Origin: a virus
Lineage: Duplodnaviria; Caudoviricetes
IMG/VR virus record: IMGVR_UViG_3300011113_000415
Strand: one strand, 5' to 3'
DNA length: 64,000 nt
Shown here piece by piece: positions 18,773-28,600 of the stretch; the first letter of the stretch is position 1, and every line of letters begins with the position of its first letter. A program made the position numbers and the translations under genes. The notes under the pieces were generated by a model. That model made no database searches and was not told where the DNA came from. It worked only from the letters and a program-made list of their open reading frames with translations.

Positions 18773-19564
18773 ATGCCCGATCACTATGCAACGCTAGGTG
18801 TTGCCCGAACTGCCACTGCCGATGAGATTAAACGGGCTTTCCGTAAGTTAGCCAGTAAGAATCATCCAGACAAAGGTGGTGATACTAAAAAATTTCAAGA
18901 GATCCAGGCCGCTTATGATGTGCTAGGCAATGTGGCCAAGCGAGCGCAGTATGACTCACCACAACCACAGTTCAGCAGTTTTGGTGGCGGTCCAAACTTC
19001 AATGCCAACTTTGATTTCAATACTATATTTGACATGTTTGGTGCTAGGTTCCAACAACCACAACCACAGCGTCCGCAACATTCCCGAATGACTCTTTGGA
19101 TTACACTTCAGGATGTGGCCAATCCTGGCCCTAGAACTGTGAGCATGGGCACACATTCGGGCACTCACAATGTTCAAGTCAACATTCCCGACGGTATTGA
19201 AGATGGTGATCATGTGAAATATGACAATCTGGCTCCAGGTGGTCAAGACCTAGTGATAACTTATCGAATACATCCCATGCCGCGCTGGCAACGCAACGGT
19301 GCTACTTTGATAACAGAAGCACCTGCAAGTTTCTGGTGCCTGGTTGCTGGAGGTGATGTTACTGTGAGTGATATATTGGGCAATCAATTGGCCCTGACAG
19401 TTCCGCCCAATACTGCACCCGGAACCTTGCTACGTGCTAGAGGTCGCGGCTTACCAGATCGTTCGGGCAACCGTGGGGACATGTTGGTTCGGTTACAGGC
19501 CGCACTACCCACCGCAGTTTCTCCAGAATTAATGGCTGCTATCAAACAAGAAATTGGTCAATAA
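18773..19564 (+). CDS. dnaJ: DnaJ/CbpA-like co-chaperone (no Zn finger)
   Basis: J-domain DHYATLGV...HPDKGG...EIQAAYDVL; G/F region; DnaJ C-terminal domain. Confidence 0.9.
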   Translation: MPDHYATLGVARTATADEIKRAFRKLASKNHPDKGGDTKKFQEIQAAYDVLGNVAKRAQYDSPQPQFSSFGGGPNFNANFDFNTIFDMFGARFQQPQPQRPQHSRMTLWITLQDVANPGPRTVSMGTHSGTHNVQVNIPDGIEDGDHVKYDNLAPGGQDLVITYRIHPMPRWQRNGATLITEAPASFWCLVAGGDVTVSDILGNQLALTVPPNTAPGTLLRARGRGLPDRSGNRGDMLVRLQAALPTAVSPELMAAIKQEIGQ

Positions 19565-19582
19565 GTAATTGAGCCATAAAGG

Positions 19583-19611
19583 TTGCTGGCCCAGCCTTAT
19601 TCATGTATAAT
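19583..19611 (+). promoter_or_regulatory. Sigma70-type promoter
   Basis: TTGCTG-17 nt-TATAAT with TG extension, upstream of clpA. Confidence 0.6.
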
Positions 19612-19645
19612 CAATTGTATGACAACCTCTTCAGGACACAATCAC

Positions 19646-21919
19646 ATGCAACACAACCCAGAAATCGAAAGTATTATTGAAAACGCGGTCAAAATCGCCC
19701 GCACATGGCAACACGAATATGTGTTGACCGAACATGTATTGTTGAGTCTTGTCAGACACGAACCATTCCGTCGTTGCTTGACCAAGTTTGGCACCGACGT
19801 GGCCATGCTAGAAACTGAACTGTGTGCTTACTTAGACAGTTGCCAAAGTCTAGTATCAGACGACCCAGATATCACACCAAGAAAAACCACTGCCCTGGAA
19901 CGCACATTCAATCGTGCGCTGACCCAGGTGTTGTTTACCGGGCGGCGAGCAGTGACCACAATTGACCTGTATCTGGCGCTCATGGGCGAAACCAACAGTC
20001 ACTCACACTACTTCTTGCTCAAGTATGGTGTGACCAAACAGGAGTTTGTGGAGTTTTGGCAGGCCAACTACAATCAAGGCGAAGCCCACAAACTGTCGGA
20101 CCGCCAGGCCACTGAAATCCTAGATGAACATTGCGTGAGTTTGACTGCCCTGGCCAAGAAAGATCGCCTGGAACCCTTGATTGGTCGTGCAAAGGAACTG
20201 GAAGAAATGATTGCTGTGTTGGCTCGACGCTTCAAAGCCAATGTGCTCATGGTAGGCGATCCTGGTGTGGGCAAAACCTGTATTGTGGAAGGCCTGGCAC
20301 AGGAAGTTGCCGCTGGGCGTGTGCCTGAGTTCCTGAAAGATCATGAAGTGTGGAGCCTGGAAATAGGCAGTTTGTTGGCAGGAAGCAAATATCGTGGAGA
20401 GTTTGAAGAAAAGTTCAAGATGGTGATACAGGCCTTGGAAAGTAAGAAGAAGTGTATCTTGTTTATAGACGAAGCACACACCATGCAGGGTGCTGGAGCA
20501 GGATCAAACGGTGCATTGGACTTTGCCAACATGCTGAAACCTGCTATCACTAGAGGCAGTTTGAAAGTTGTGGCATCAACCACCTGGGAAGAGTTCTATG
20601 AAAGTTTTGAAAAGGACCGTGCGCTGATGCGTAGATTCTACCGCTTGGCCATAGATGAACCTGACCGTGACACCACAGAAAAGATTCTGATCGGTCTTTC
20701 TCCCCGCCTTGAGACCTTTCACAATGTGCTGATCGATACCGAAGCCATGACAGCCGCAGTGGACTTGAGCGGTCGCTACATACACGACAAAAAGAATCCT
20801 GACAAATCAATAGACTTGTTGGATGCGGCCTGTGCTAGAGAGCGTGTGAAAGATCAAGGTCAACTCACAGTCACACGTGACTTGATCATGGCTCAAGTGG
20901 CCCGTGTGACCGGTGTGCCAGTGGATCGCTTGCAAAACGAACGTTCGACCAAGATTGTGGATCTTGAATCAAACATCAAGCAGAAGTTGTACGGTCAAGA
21001 TGCCGCTGTAGATTCAGTACTGGAACGTGTATATATCAACTTTTCCGGCATCGGCAATCCCAATCGACCAATGGCTTCATTCTTGTTCTTGGGCCCAACA
21101 GGTACAGGCAAAACAGAATTGGCTCGACTGTTGGCCTCAAACTTGGACATGCACTTGCTGAAATATGACATGAGTGAGTATCAAGAGCGTCACACTGTAT
21201 CCAGCCTAATAGGTGCTCCTCCTGGCTATGTGGGCTTTGAAGATGGCAACATTGGTGGCGGCAAATTGATTTCAGATGTGAGCAGGAATCCATTCAGCAT
21301 AATCTTGTTTGATGAAATTGAAAAGGCTCATCCTGATGTCAGCAATATCTTGTTGCAGATGCTGGATGAAGGACACATAACTTCCAGTAATGGCAAACGA
21401 GTTGATGTCAAGAACTGTATTATCATCATGACATCAAACTTGGGTTCACAGGATTCTGAAGCCAACAACATTGGATTTGGCAGTTTTGAAAAGACAGGCG
21501 AAGATGATCGAGCACTTAAAAACTTTTTCAAACCCGAACTACGTAATCGTATTGATCACGTCTGCAAGTTTGCCAAGTTGGACACCCTGGCCATCAAGAA
21601 AGTTGTGGTCAAGTTTGTGGACGAACTCAAGACAAGTTTGCATACAAAAGGCATACGCCTCGTGCTATCCGAACCAGTCATTGACCTGCTTGCTCTCAAA
21701 GGCTATGATTCGAAGATGGGTGCGAGACCACTCAGCCGCAAGATTGACGAGTTGATTCGTGTGCCGTTGAGCAAGAAGATCTTGTTTGAGAGACTTGCCA
21801 ACTGTGATGTGGTGGCCACTATAGAGGATGATGCTGTGCATTTTGCAATCACTCCAAGATCGGATGCAGTGACCACTATAGGTGATGATGGTATTGTCAG
21901 AATTGTCAATGAAGTTTAA
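19646..21919 (+). CDS. clpA: ClpA-type Hsp100 AAA+ ATPase
   Basis: Clp N-domain; GDPGVGKT and FIDEAH; GPTGTGKT and LFDEIEKAH; IGF loop; GARPL; no ClpB M-domain. Confidence 0.9.
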   Translation: MQHNPEIESIIENAVKIARTWQHEYVLTEHVLLSLVRHEPFRRCLTKFGTDVAMLETELCAYLDSCQSLVSDDPDITPRKTTALERTFNRALTQVLFTGRRAVTTIDLYLALMGETNSHSHYFLLKYGVTKQEFVEFWQANYNQGEAHKLSDRQATEILDEHCVSLTALAKKDRLEPLIGRAKELEEMIAVLARRFKANVLMVGDPGVGKTCIVEGLAQEVAAGRVPEFLKDHEVWSLEIGSLLAGSKYRGEFEEKFKMVIQALESKKKCILFIDEAHTMQGAGAGSNGALDFANMLKPAITRGSLKVVASTTWEEFYESFEKDRALMRRFYRLAIDEPDRDTTEKILIGLSPRLETFHNVLIDTEAMTAAVDLSGRYIHDKKNPDKSIDLLDAACARERVKDQGQLTVTRDLIMAQVARVTGVPVDRLQNERSTKIVDLESNIKQKLYGQDAAVDSVLERVYINFSGIGNPNRPMASFLFLGPTGTGKTELARLLASNLDMHLLKYDMSEYQERHTVSSLIGAPPGYVGFEDGNIGGGKLISDVSRNPFSIILFDEIEKAHPDVSNILLQMLDEGHITSSNGKRVDVKNCIIIMTSNLGSQDSEANNIGFGSFEKTGEDDRALKNFFKPELRNRIDHVCKFAKLDTLAIKKVVVKFVDELKTSLHTKGIRLVLSEPVIDLLALKGYDSKMGARPLSRKIDELIRVPLSKKILFERLANCDVVATIEDDAVHFAITPRSDAVTTIGDDGIVRIVNEV

Positions 21920-22553
21920 CCCAGTTGACCGCAATCAACTGTACTTTGGGCAGTATCAATACTGTATCAGTTTCTACTTGAAAAATGTCAGTGTGTTGAG
22001 AGAATTAGACACCATCAAGGTATTGAAAACCATACAGTATCGCAATCAATGGGCGCCAAGTCGGCTCAGTAGGGGCATGATCTCTGAACAAGAACAACAC
22101 GATCTAATACAAGTGTGTGATTATTTGTTGGCTCGGGCGCATCCATTCAAACGCACAGTAACCACACACTTTATGTACATTTATACCAATCATCCTGAAG
22201 ATTTTCAAGACCTCAACAACACCGGAGGCCTGGTTGTTGGCAAATGTACTCAGACAAACCTGTGTCTACAACCTGGTGCTGTGACCTTAAAGAATCCTCA
22301 GCATAGTTATAGAACATTTTTTAGAGAACGTTGGCTGAGAGATTATGAACTGAGAAACATACGTGAATACTTTCAAGCCAGAGCCGGCCAGTTTAGACTC
22401 AGCCCTGGGTTTAGAATGCTGGTTGAAGGCAAACGCATGTGGCTCATGGACAGTTATTTTGTGGATCACGATGAGCCCAAAGCAGATCTCTTGATCAGCA
22501 TGGCTGTGCCGGGCATCGTAAAAAAGACCCTGCCCATTGTGGCCCGTGGCTAA
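21909..22553 (+). CDS. Hypothetical protein
   Basis: ATG 21909 overlapping the clpA end. Confidence 0.65.
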   Translation: MKFNPVDRNQLYFGQYQYCISFYLKNVSVLRELDTIKVLKTIQYRNQWAPSRLSRGMISEQEQHDLIQVCDYLLARAHPFKRTVTTHFMYIYTNHPEDFQDLNNTGGLVVGKCTQTNLCLQPGAVTLKNPQHSYRTFFRERWLRDYELRNIREYFQARAGQFRLSPGFRMLVEGKRMWLMDSYFVDHDEPKADLLISMAVPGIVKKTLPIVARG

Positions 22554-22563
22554 ATACTGCACT

Positions 22564-22728
22564 ATGGCAAAAATCATTGAAGAAATAGTTGTGATCAAAC
22601 TATCAAAATTGGTCCGGGATTCAGATGCTGACACTGAAATTGTCAGTGACGACACCATTGCTGCCTTGCAATCAGTGGTTGAAGAACTGGCTGGCACAGG
22701 CATCATTGTGGAAGCGGAACGAGCATAA
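22564..22728 (+). CDS. Small hypothetical protein
   Basis: ATG after TAAATA (22551); stop overlaps the next start. Confidence 0.6.
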   Translation: MAKIIEEIVVIKLSKLVRDSDADTEIVSDDTIAALQSVVEELAGTGIIVEAERA

Positions 22729-23105
22729 TGGCCACAACCACCGTGACTTTGGTCCCTCGAACCGTGAATGGCGTGCCTTCGGGCAATTATGACGGAAGCA
22801 GTCAAGACTTTGTGTGTGATCCACAAAAGGCTGCCAACTATTATCGTGGTCGCGGTGGTGTACAAACCATCAAATGGGATTTTGAAGGGGTGCAAGGTGA
22901 AGTGGCTATTCAAGCCACACTAGACGCAGATCCTGCCACCGAGCAGTGGTTCAGCATAGCCAGTTTTGGTGATGGCAGCACAGCAGATTCTGCCACTATA
23001 ACCACATTACATTATGAAAGTGTGCTAGGCAACTTTACCTGGTTGAGAGCAGTGGTCTCAAACTTTCAAGATGGGCTGATACATTCTGTCACAGCAACTT
23101 ATTAA
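22728..23105 (+). CDS. Hypothetical beta-rich protein (possibly structural)
   Basis: 125 aa, translationally coupled. Confidence 0.6.
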   Translation: MATTTVTLVPRTVNGVPSGNYDGSSQDFVCDPQKAANYYRGRGGVQTIKWDFEGVQGEVAIQATLDADPATEQWFSIASFGDGSTADSATITTLHYESVLGNFTWLRAVVSNFQDGLIHSVTATY

Positions 23106-23110
23106 TCATT

Positions 23111-23545
23111 ATGGACTTAATAAAATTTTCTTGTGTGGTGGCACCCAGCAACAGTGCTGTGCCATTGGGTTGTGAAATATGGCTGGACGATCACTGTGTG
23201 TTTGATCAGGAGCATGTGAGTGAACCAGTGCCGGTATCATATGAATTCAGTGATGACGATGGCGAACACACACTCAGTATTCAATTAAAAAACAAACTGC
23301 CAGAGCATACCAAAATTGATGATCGGGAAAATATTGTGTCAGACGCCATGATCAGTGTGACTGAAATTGCCTTTGATGAAATTGATTGCACACAGATAGT
23401 ACAGGAACAAGCAGTTTATCGTCACAATCTCAACGGCACAGCCCCCGAAATTCAAGACAAATTTTTTGGCGATATGGGTTGCAATGGCACAGTTGAGTTC
23501 AAATTTACCACCCCAATTTATCTATTCATGTTGGAAAACATGTAA
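23111..23545 (+). CDS. Hypothetical acidic beta-rich protein
   Basis: 144 aa ORF in operon. Confidence 0.6.
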   Translation: MDLIKFSCVVAPSNSAVPLGCEIWLDDHCVFDQEHVSEPVPVSYEFSDDDGEHTLSIQLKNKLPEHTKIDDRENIVSDAMISVTEIAFDEIDCTQIVQEQAVYRHNLNGTAPEIQDKFFGDMGCNGTVEFKFTTPIYLFMLENM

Positions 23546-23559
23546 CGCTAAATACCAGT

Positions 23560-24600
23560 ATGAAACAACTGGTCATAATGCCGGGCGGATTCCACCCTTT
23601 CCACGCAGGACATCTTGCACTTTACCAAGCCGCCAAAGAAGCGTTCCCTGGCGCCGACGTCAAAGTGGCTGCCACCAATGATACCAGTCAGCGGCCATTT
23701 CCATTCAAGATAAAAGAAAAACTGGCTCAGTTGGCAGGTGTTTCGCCCGGAGACTTTTATCAGGTCAAAAGCCCATTTCGTGCTGAAGAGATTACAAAAA
23801 ATTACACGCCCGAAGATACTGAATTGATATTTGTGCGTTCCGAAAAAGACGCCAACAAGCCTCCACAAGCAGGCGGTATTAAAAAGAATGGCGAATTGGC
23901 TTATTTGCAACCACTTGAAGGACAAGATGTTCTAGAGCCCATGAACCAACATGCCTACATGGCCTACCTGCCCACAGTGGAGTTTGGACCTGGCATGACG
24001 TCAGCCACAGAGATTCGTACTGCCTGGCCCACACTCAACGATAAACGCAAGACTGCTCTAGTAATGAGTCTGTATCCTGACACACAAAAGAATCCCCGAC
24101 TGGCTGCCACAGTTGTAAAGATGTTGGACACAGCAATTGGTACCGAACAACTCAATGAATTTTTACCTGCACTAGGTGCGGCTATTGGTGGAGAACTAGC
24201 GGCTGCTACAGAACTTGGAACAATGGGCACGCTAGGTATGCGTGTGGCTGGTCATAAGATTGGTAGCGATATTGAAGACCAGTTAAACAACAGTGACGTA
24301 GAAGAAACACGTATCATTGATCCCAAACGCATTGATGTGTTCTATCGCCCTGTTCAAAACAGTCGTGGCCGACGTGTGGTGGCCAAGAATGTACCCACCT
24401 CAGCATTGGATGCACTATTGGCCAAACTCAGCGACAAGTTTGGTGTACGTGACACTGACTTTGAGTGGACTGCCGCAGAGAAATCAGTCAGCGAAGACTA
24501 TGTGGAAGAAAAGTGGAGTCAAAAGTACAAGCGGAGCATCAACTGTGCTCACCCTAAAGGCTTCAGTCAACGGGCTCACTGTGCAGGTCGCAAAAAATAA
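23560..24600 (+). CDS. HxGH (cytidylyltransferase-like) nucleotidyltransferase with appended modules
   Basis: MPGGFHPFHAGH; MTSATEIR; then LNE/F.., VEE/T.., VEE/KWSQKYKRSINC basic tail; TAAATA at 23549. Confidence 0.75.
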   Translation: MKQLVIMPGGFHPFHAGHLALYQAAKEAFPGADVKVAATNDTSQRPFPFKIKEKLAQLAGVSPGDFYQVKSPFRAEEITKNYTPEDTELIFVRSEKDANKPPQAGGIKKNGELAYLQPLEGQDVLEPMNQHAYMAYLPTVEFGPGMTSATEIRTAWPTLNDKRKTALVMSLYPDTQKNPRLAATVVKMLDTAIGTEQLNEFLPALGAAIGGELAAATELGTMGTLGMRVAGHKIGSDIEDQLNNSDVEETRIIDPKRIDVFYRPVQNSRGRRVVAKNVPTSALDALLAKLSDKFGVRDTDFEWTAAEKSVSEDYVEEKWSQKYKRSINCAHPKGFSQRAHCAGRKK

Positions 24601-24649
24601 CGGTATGTGTTAAACTCGTTAAATATTCTACAATTTTGACGAGGACCTT

Positions 24650-25588
24650 ATGATAACCCAAACCGGAACAACACCCCCAACACCCCCAGAAACAATGTCA
24701 ACTGATGTGCCATTAGCACCTCAAGAAACACCAACTGGACAACCACAAAATCAAATTCAAGTTAACCTTGATTATTTGAGAACAACTAGGGTCCATCTAT
24801 GCATGCCTTGTTATGGTGGTATGCTCACTGAATCAACATTCATGAGTTATATCAAGTGGGCCAATACTGCTCGTCAACTGGGTATCGATTGGACAGTAGA
24901 AACCATGACCAATGAGTCATTGATCAGCCGTGCCAGAAACACACTCACCGCCAAGTTCTTGCACACCAAAGAATCAACGCACCTGATGTTTATTGATGCT
25001 GACATTGGTTGGGAACCCTGGCACCTGTTGGCCATGTTGAATCACAATGTGGATGTGGTAGGCGGTTTATACCCTATGAAATCATTGCCGGTCAAATGGT
25101 GTGTGAATGGCATTCCGGGCACTCCACAAGATGATCCTTCGGGTCTAATTGAAGTGACCAAGACCGGTACAGGCTTTTTGCTGATGAAACGTGAAGTGTT
25201 TGAAAAACTCAATAGTCACCCGGCTGTGAAGCCTTTTACCAATGACATTGGCCTGGACCCTGTACTCAATCCCTACATGAAAACCTACTTTGACACAGCC
25301 GTGCGTGAAAACCGCTACTACTCAGAAGACTGGACCTTCTGTGAAAATTGGCGTGATCTAGGTGGCCAAGTGTGGGTGGATCGTCGTGTGTTGCTGAAGC
25401 ACACAGGTACCTATGTGTTTGACTATCAAACCCAGGACAAACTGTATCAAGACCTGCACGAAATCGCTACCAACAATCAGATTGCTGCCGCTGCCGCACA
25501 AACAGCCGCGGCGCCTGTTGAAGCCAAGGTCATCGCTACCAACAAAAAAAGCGATAAAAAAGCAGATAAGAAGGCCAAAGCAGCCTAA
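24650..25588 (+). CDS. GT-A fold glycosyltransferase-like protein
   Basis: CMPCYGG, SLISRARN, MFIDADI (DxD), YYSEDWTFC; TAAATA at 24620. Confidence 0.7.
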   Translation: MITQTGTTPPTPPETMSTDVPLAPQETPTGQPQNQIQVNLDYLRTTRVHLCMPCYGGMLTESTFMSYIKWANTARQLGIDWTVETMTNESLISRARNTLTAKFLHTKESTHLMFIDADIGWEPWHLLAMLNHNVDVVGGLYPMKSLPVKWCVNGIPGTPQDDPSGLIEVTKTGTGFLLMKREVFEKLNSHPAVKPFTNDIGLDPVLNPYMKTYFDTAVRENRYYSEDWTFCENWRDLGGQVWVDRRVLLKHTGTYVFDYQTQDKLYQDLHEIATNNQIAAAAAQTAAAPVEAKVIATNKKSDKKADKKAKAA

Positions 25589-25602
25589 CGGTAAATACAC
25601 TC

Positions 25603-28600
25603 ATGAACCTCCATGAGTTAGACCGCTACAAACTTAGTGACGCTGTAAAATTCAATGCTCGTTTGAACCCTCGACTGTGGGGCAAAGATGAGCATTTGAA
25701 GCCCCAAGTGCGCGATGCACTGATGAAAATTGCAGATGATTTCCGCGAAAGTCTGGGCGTTAAAGATCTTGATTTAAAAGACATCACACTTTCAGGATCA
25801 AACGCCGCTTACACTTACACTCCCAATTCAGACATAGATCTACACCTTGTGGTGGATATACCTGATGACCCTGTGTATCGTGAATTGTTTGATGCCAAAA
25901 AGTACGCATATAACAATCAGCATAACATAAAGATTAGTGGCTATGATGTTGAACTGTATGTGCAAGATGTAGACCAGCCACATGTGACTCAAGGTGAATA
26001 CAGTTTGATCGACAACGACTGGATTCAAGTGCCACGTCGTCAACGTGCTGATGTTGTGGATCAAAGCACACGGAGCAAATACCAAGATCTCAAACAACGT
26101 ATCAAGGCGGCTATCAAAACTGAAGATCATGACGTCATGGCCAGTTTGATGGCCAAGATCCGACAACTGCGTCAAAGCGGTCTTGATCAACACGGCGAGT
26201 TTGGTCCTGAGAATCTTGCGTTCAAGATGTTGCGCACACAGGGCTATATCCAAAAATTAGTTGATGCTAGAAACGCTGCCAAGGATCAAGAACTCAGCAT
26301 TGATGAACGTGTGAAGCCGCGTGTGACTTATGGCTTTGCCACTGAATCAAAAGACAGTTTGTCGGACACCATCAATCAGTTTGCCCGTAGTTGTATTGAT
26401 TACTTGGGTATCAAGAAGGCGCCTGAAATCAAGTTGCATACTGATACCAACTGGAGTGAGCAGACAGGTTCGTTTGGTCAGTATGAGCCTGAAACCAATG
26501 TGTTGCACTTGGCCACATCAGGACGTCACACACTAGACATCTTAAGAACCATGGCTCATGAGTTCACACATCGCAAACAAGCAGAAAAACAAAAACTACC
26601 TGCCAATGCAGGTGAGACAGGCAGTCCTTACGAAGACGAAGCCAATGCCATGGCAGGTCGCATCATGCGTCACTGGGCAGAGAAGCATCCTGAGATGTTC
26701 GCTCATGTGCCCTTGGAAGAAGCATCAGGATACATTCCTACTAAAAAGCAAGCAAAGGATCCACGCTTTGTGATGGCTCTCACAAAAGATGTGCGTCCAG
26801 GGCAGACAGGCAAAGAAGCCAATAAACTGGGTTTGCAAACTGATGCCCAAGGTCATCCTGCATTACTAACTGCCCGACTGAATGAAAGTCTTGCTGTAGA
26901 AGATGACCGGTATGGCAATCAAGATCCCACTGGTCCAGAGTCACCACCCAAAATGCCGGACGGCACAATCAAAGTTGATGTAAGTGACATCTATGACTGG
27001 TACAAGATTGGACAAAAGATCAGTGACCTCAAGAGCATTGACAAAAAGACTCTGGGCAAAGGTCCTCCCAGCACTGTGTTGGCATTTGGTTCAGAAGAAC
27101 TTGAAAACATGTACAGCAATGCCTTGATCAACTTGGGCTTGAAAACACATGACCTAGACGAGCCCGGCGAAGAAGACAGACCTGGTTCGGGTCAAGACAT
27201 TGACGAAGCCTTGATTACTGAAACCATTGATGACGCATTGTTTGAAATCAAAATGTCTCCCTCCAATCTGCGCCAAGAAGCAGCCAAGACCGGTGCACTT
27301 GCCGGCATGGAATTTGAAATGATTGTGCCCAATACCGAGGGCGGTGACGATGGAGACCTAGAACCCGACTATGATTACGACCAACGTTGCCGTAGTATAC
27401 AAGACGCATATGACTTTTTCTACGATGGTGACTTCAATGGTCGTAGAGATGTCCAAAACCTGCGTGAAAAGATGCAGGAAGATTATCTTGAGTGGCTGGA
27501 CGAAAAGATCCAAGAAGAATGGGATAGTCAAGGTGAAGAATACATTGCGGAATGGGTCAAGAACAATGTGGATGAATCCGAATGGAATCCAGATGATCTA
27601 GAAGGCGATGCCAGAAACGAAGCACTAGAAGAATATTCTGTAAATGTTCATGCTGATCCTGCCAGTCGTGATTATCAATCAGCCTACGAAGAGTTCCGCG
27701 AAGAACATCAGGAAGATTATGATGAAAGTGACTGGTTGGATGATGCAGATCTAAGCCGCATGAGCGAAATTGAAAATGCCTACAGCATGAGTTGGCCACA
27801 TTGGCGATCACAGGGCGGTGGCGAAGCCAGCATTGAAGATGTGGCGCAGGAATTTGAAAACGCCATTGGGCGTGATGTTCGTGCCAGTGGCAACTATCAC
27901 TCAGGCAGTGTGATACGTCCTAGTCCAACTCAAATACGCTATGTTGTAGAACCTGACGGCAGTTTAGAACCAGATGATCCCAACGATCAAGGCCTGGAGT
28001 TTGTGAGTCCGCCACTACCCATAGACGAAATACTTAGTGACTTGAACAAGGTCAAACAATGGGCCAAGGAGTACGGCTGTTATACCAATGATTCAACTGG
28101 CCTGCACATCAACATTTCAGTGCCCAACTACAGCAGAGAAAACCTAGACTTTGTGAAACTGGCTCTGCTGATGGGTGACAAGTATGTGTTAGATGCTTTT
28201 GGACGTTCAGGCAATACCTATGCTAAGAGTGCGTTTGACATTGTGAAACGTCATGTGCGTGACAATCCTGAAGAGGCCGCCAAGTTGTTAGACAAGATGA
28301 AAGGCAACCTGGATCAACTAGCCACCAAGGCCATTCACTCAGGAATTACTTCAAAGTATACAAGTATCAACACCAAAGACGGCCACATTGAATTCCGTAG
28401 CCCTGGTGGTGACTGGTTAGACGAGAACTTTGATCAAATTGAAAATACCTTGTTGCGTTTCACAGTGGCCATGAGTGCGGCCCTGAATCCTGAAATGTAT
28501 CGTCAAGAATATTTGACCAAGTTATACAAATTGTTGAGCGACGGCAACAAAGATGTGGACACTATCAAGTATTTCTCAGACTATGTGGCCGGCAAGATTC

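Noticed and set aside
25603-26300. cGAS/CD-NTase (CBASS-like) identity for the nucleotidyltransferase
   Set aside because: Only the generic Pol-beta GS/DxD/D motif is visible; no CD-NTase-specific features or effector neighbours can be supported by eye
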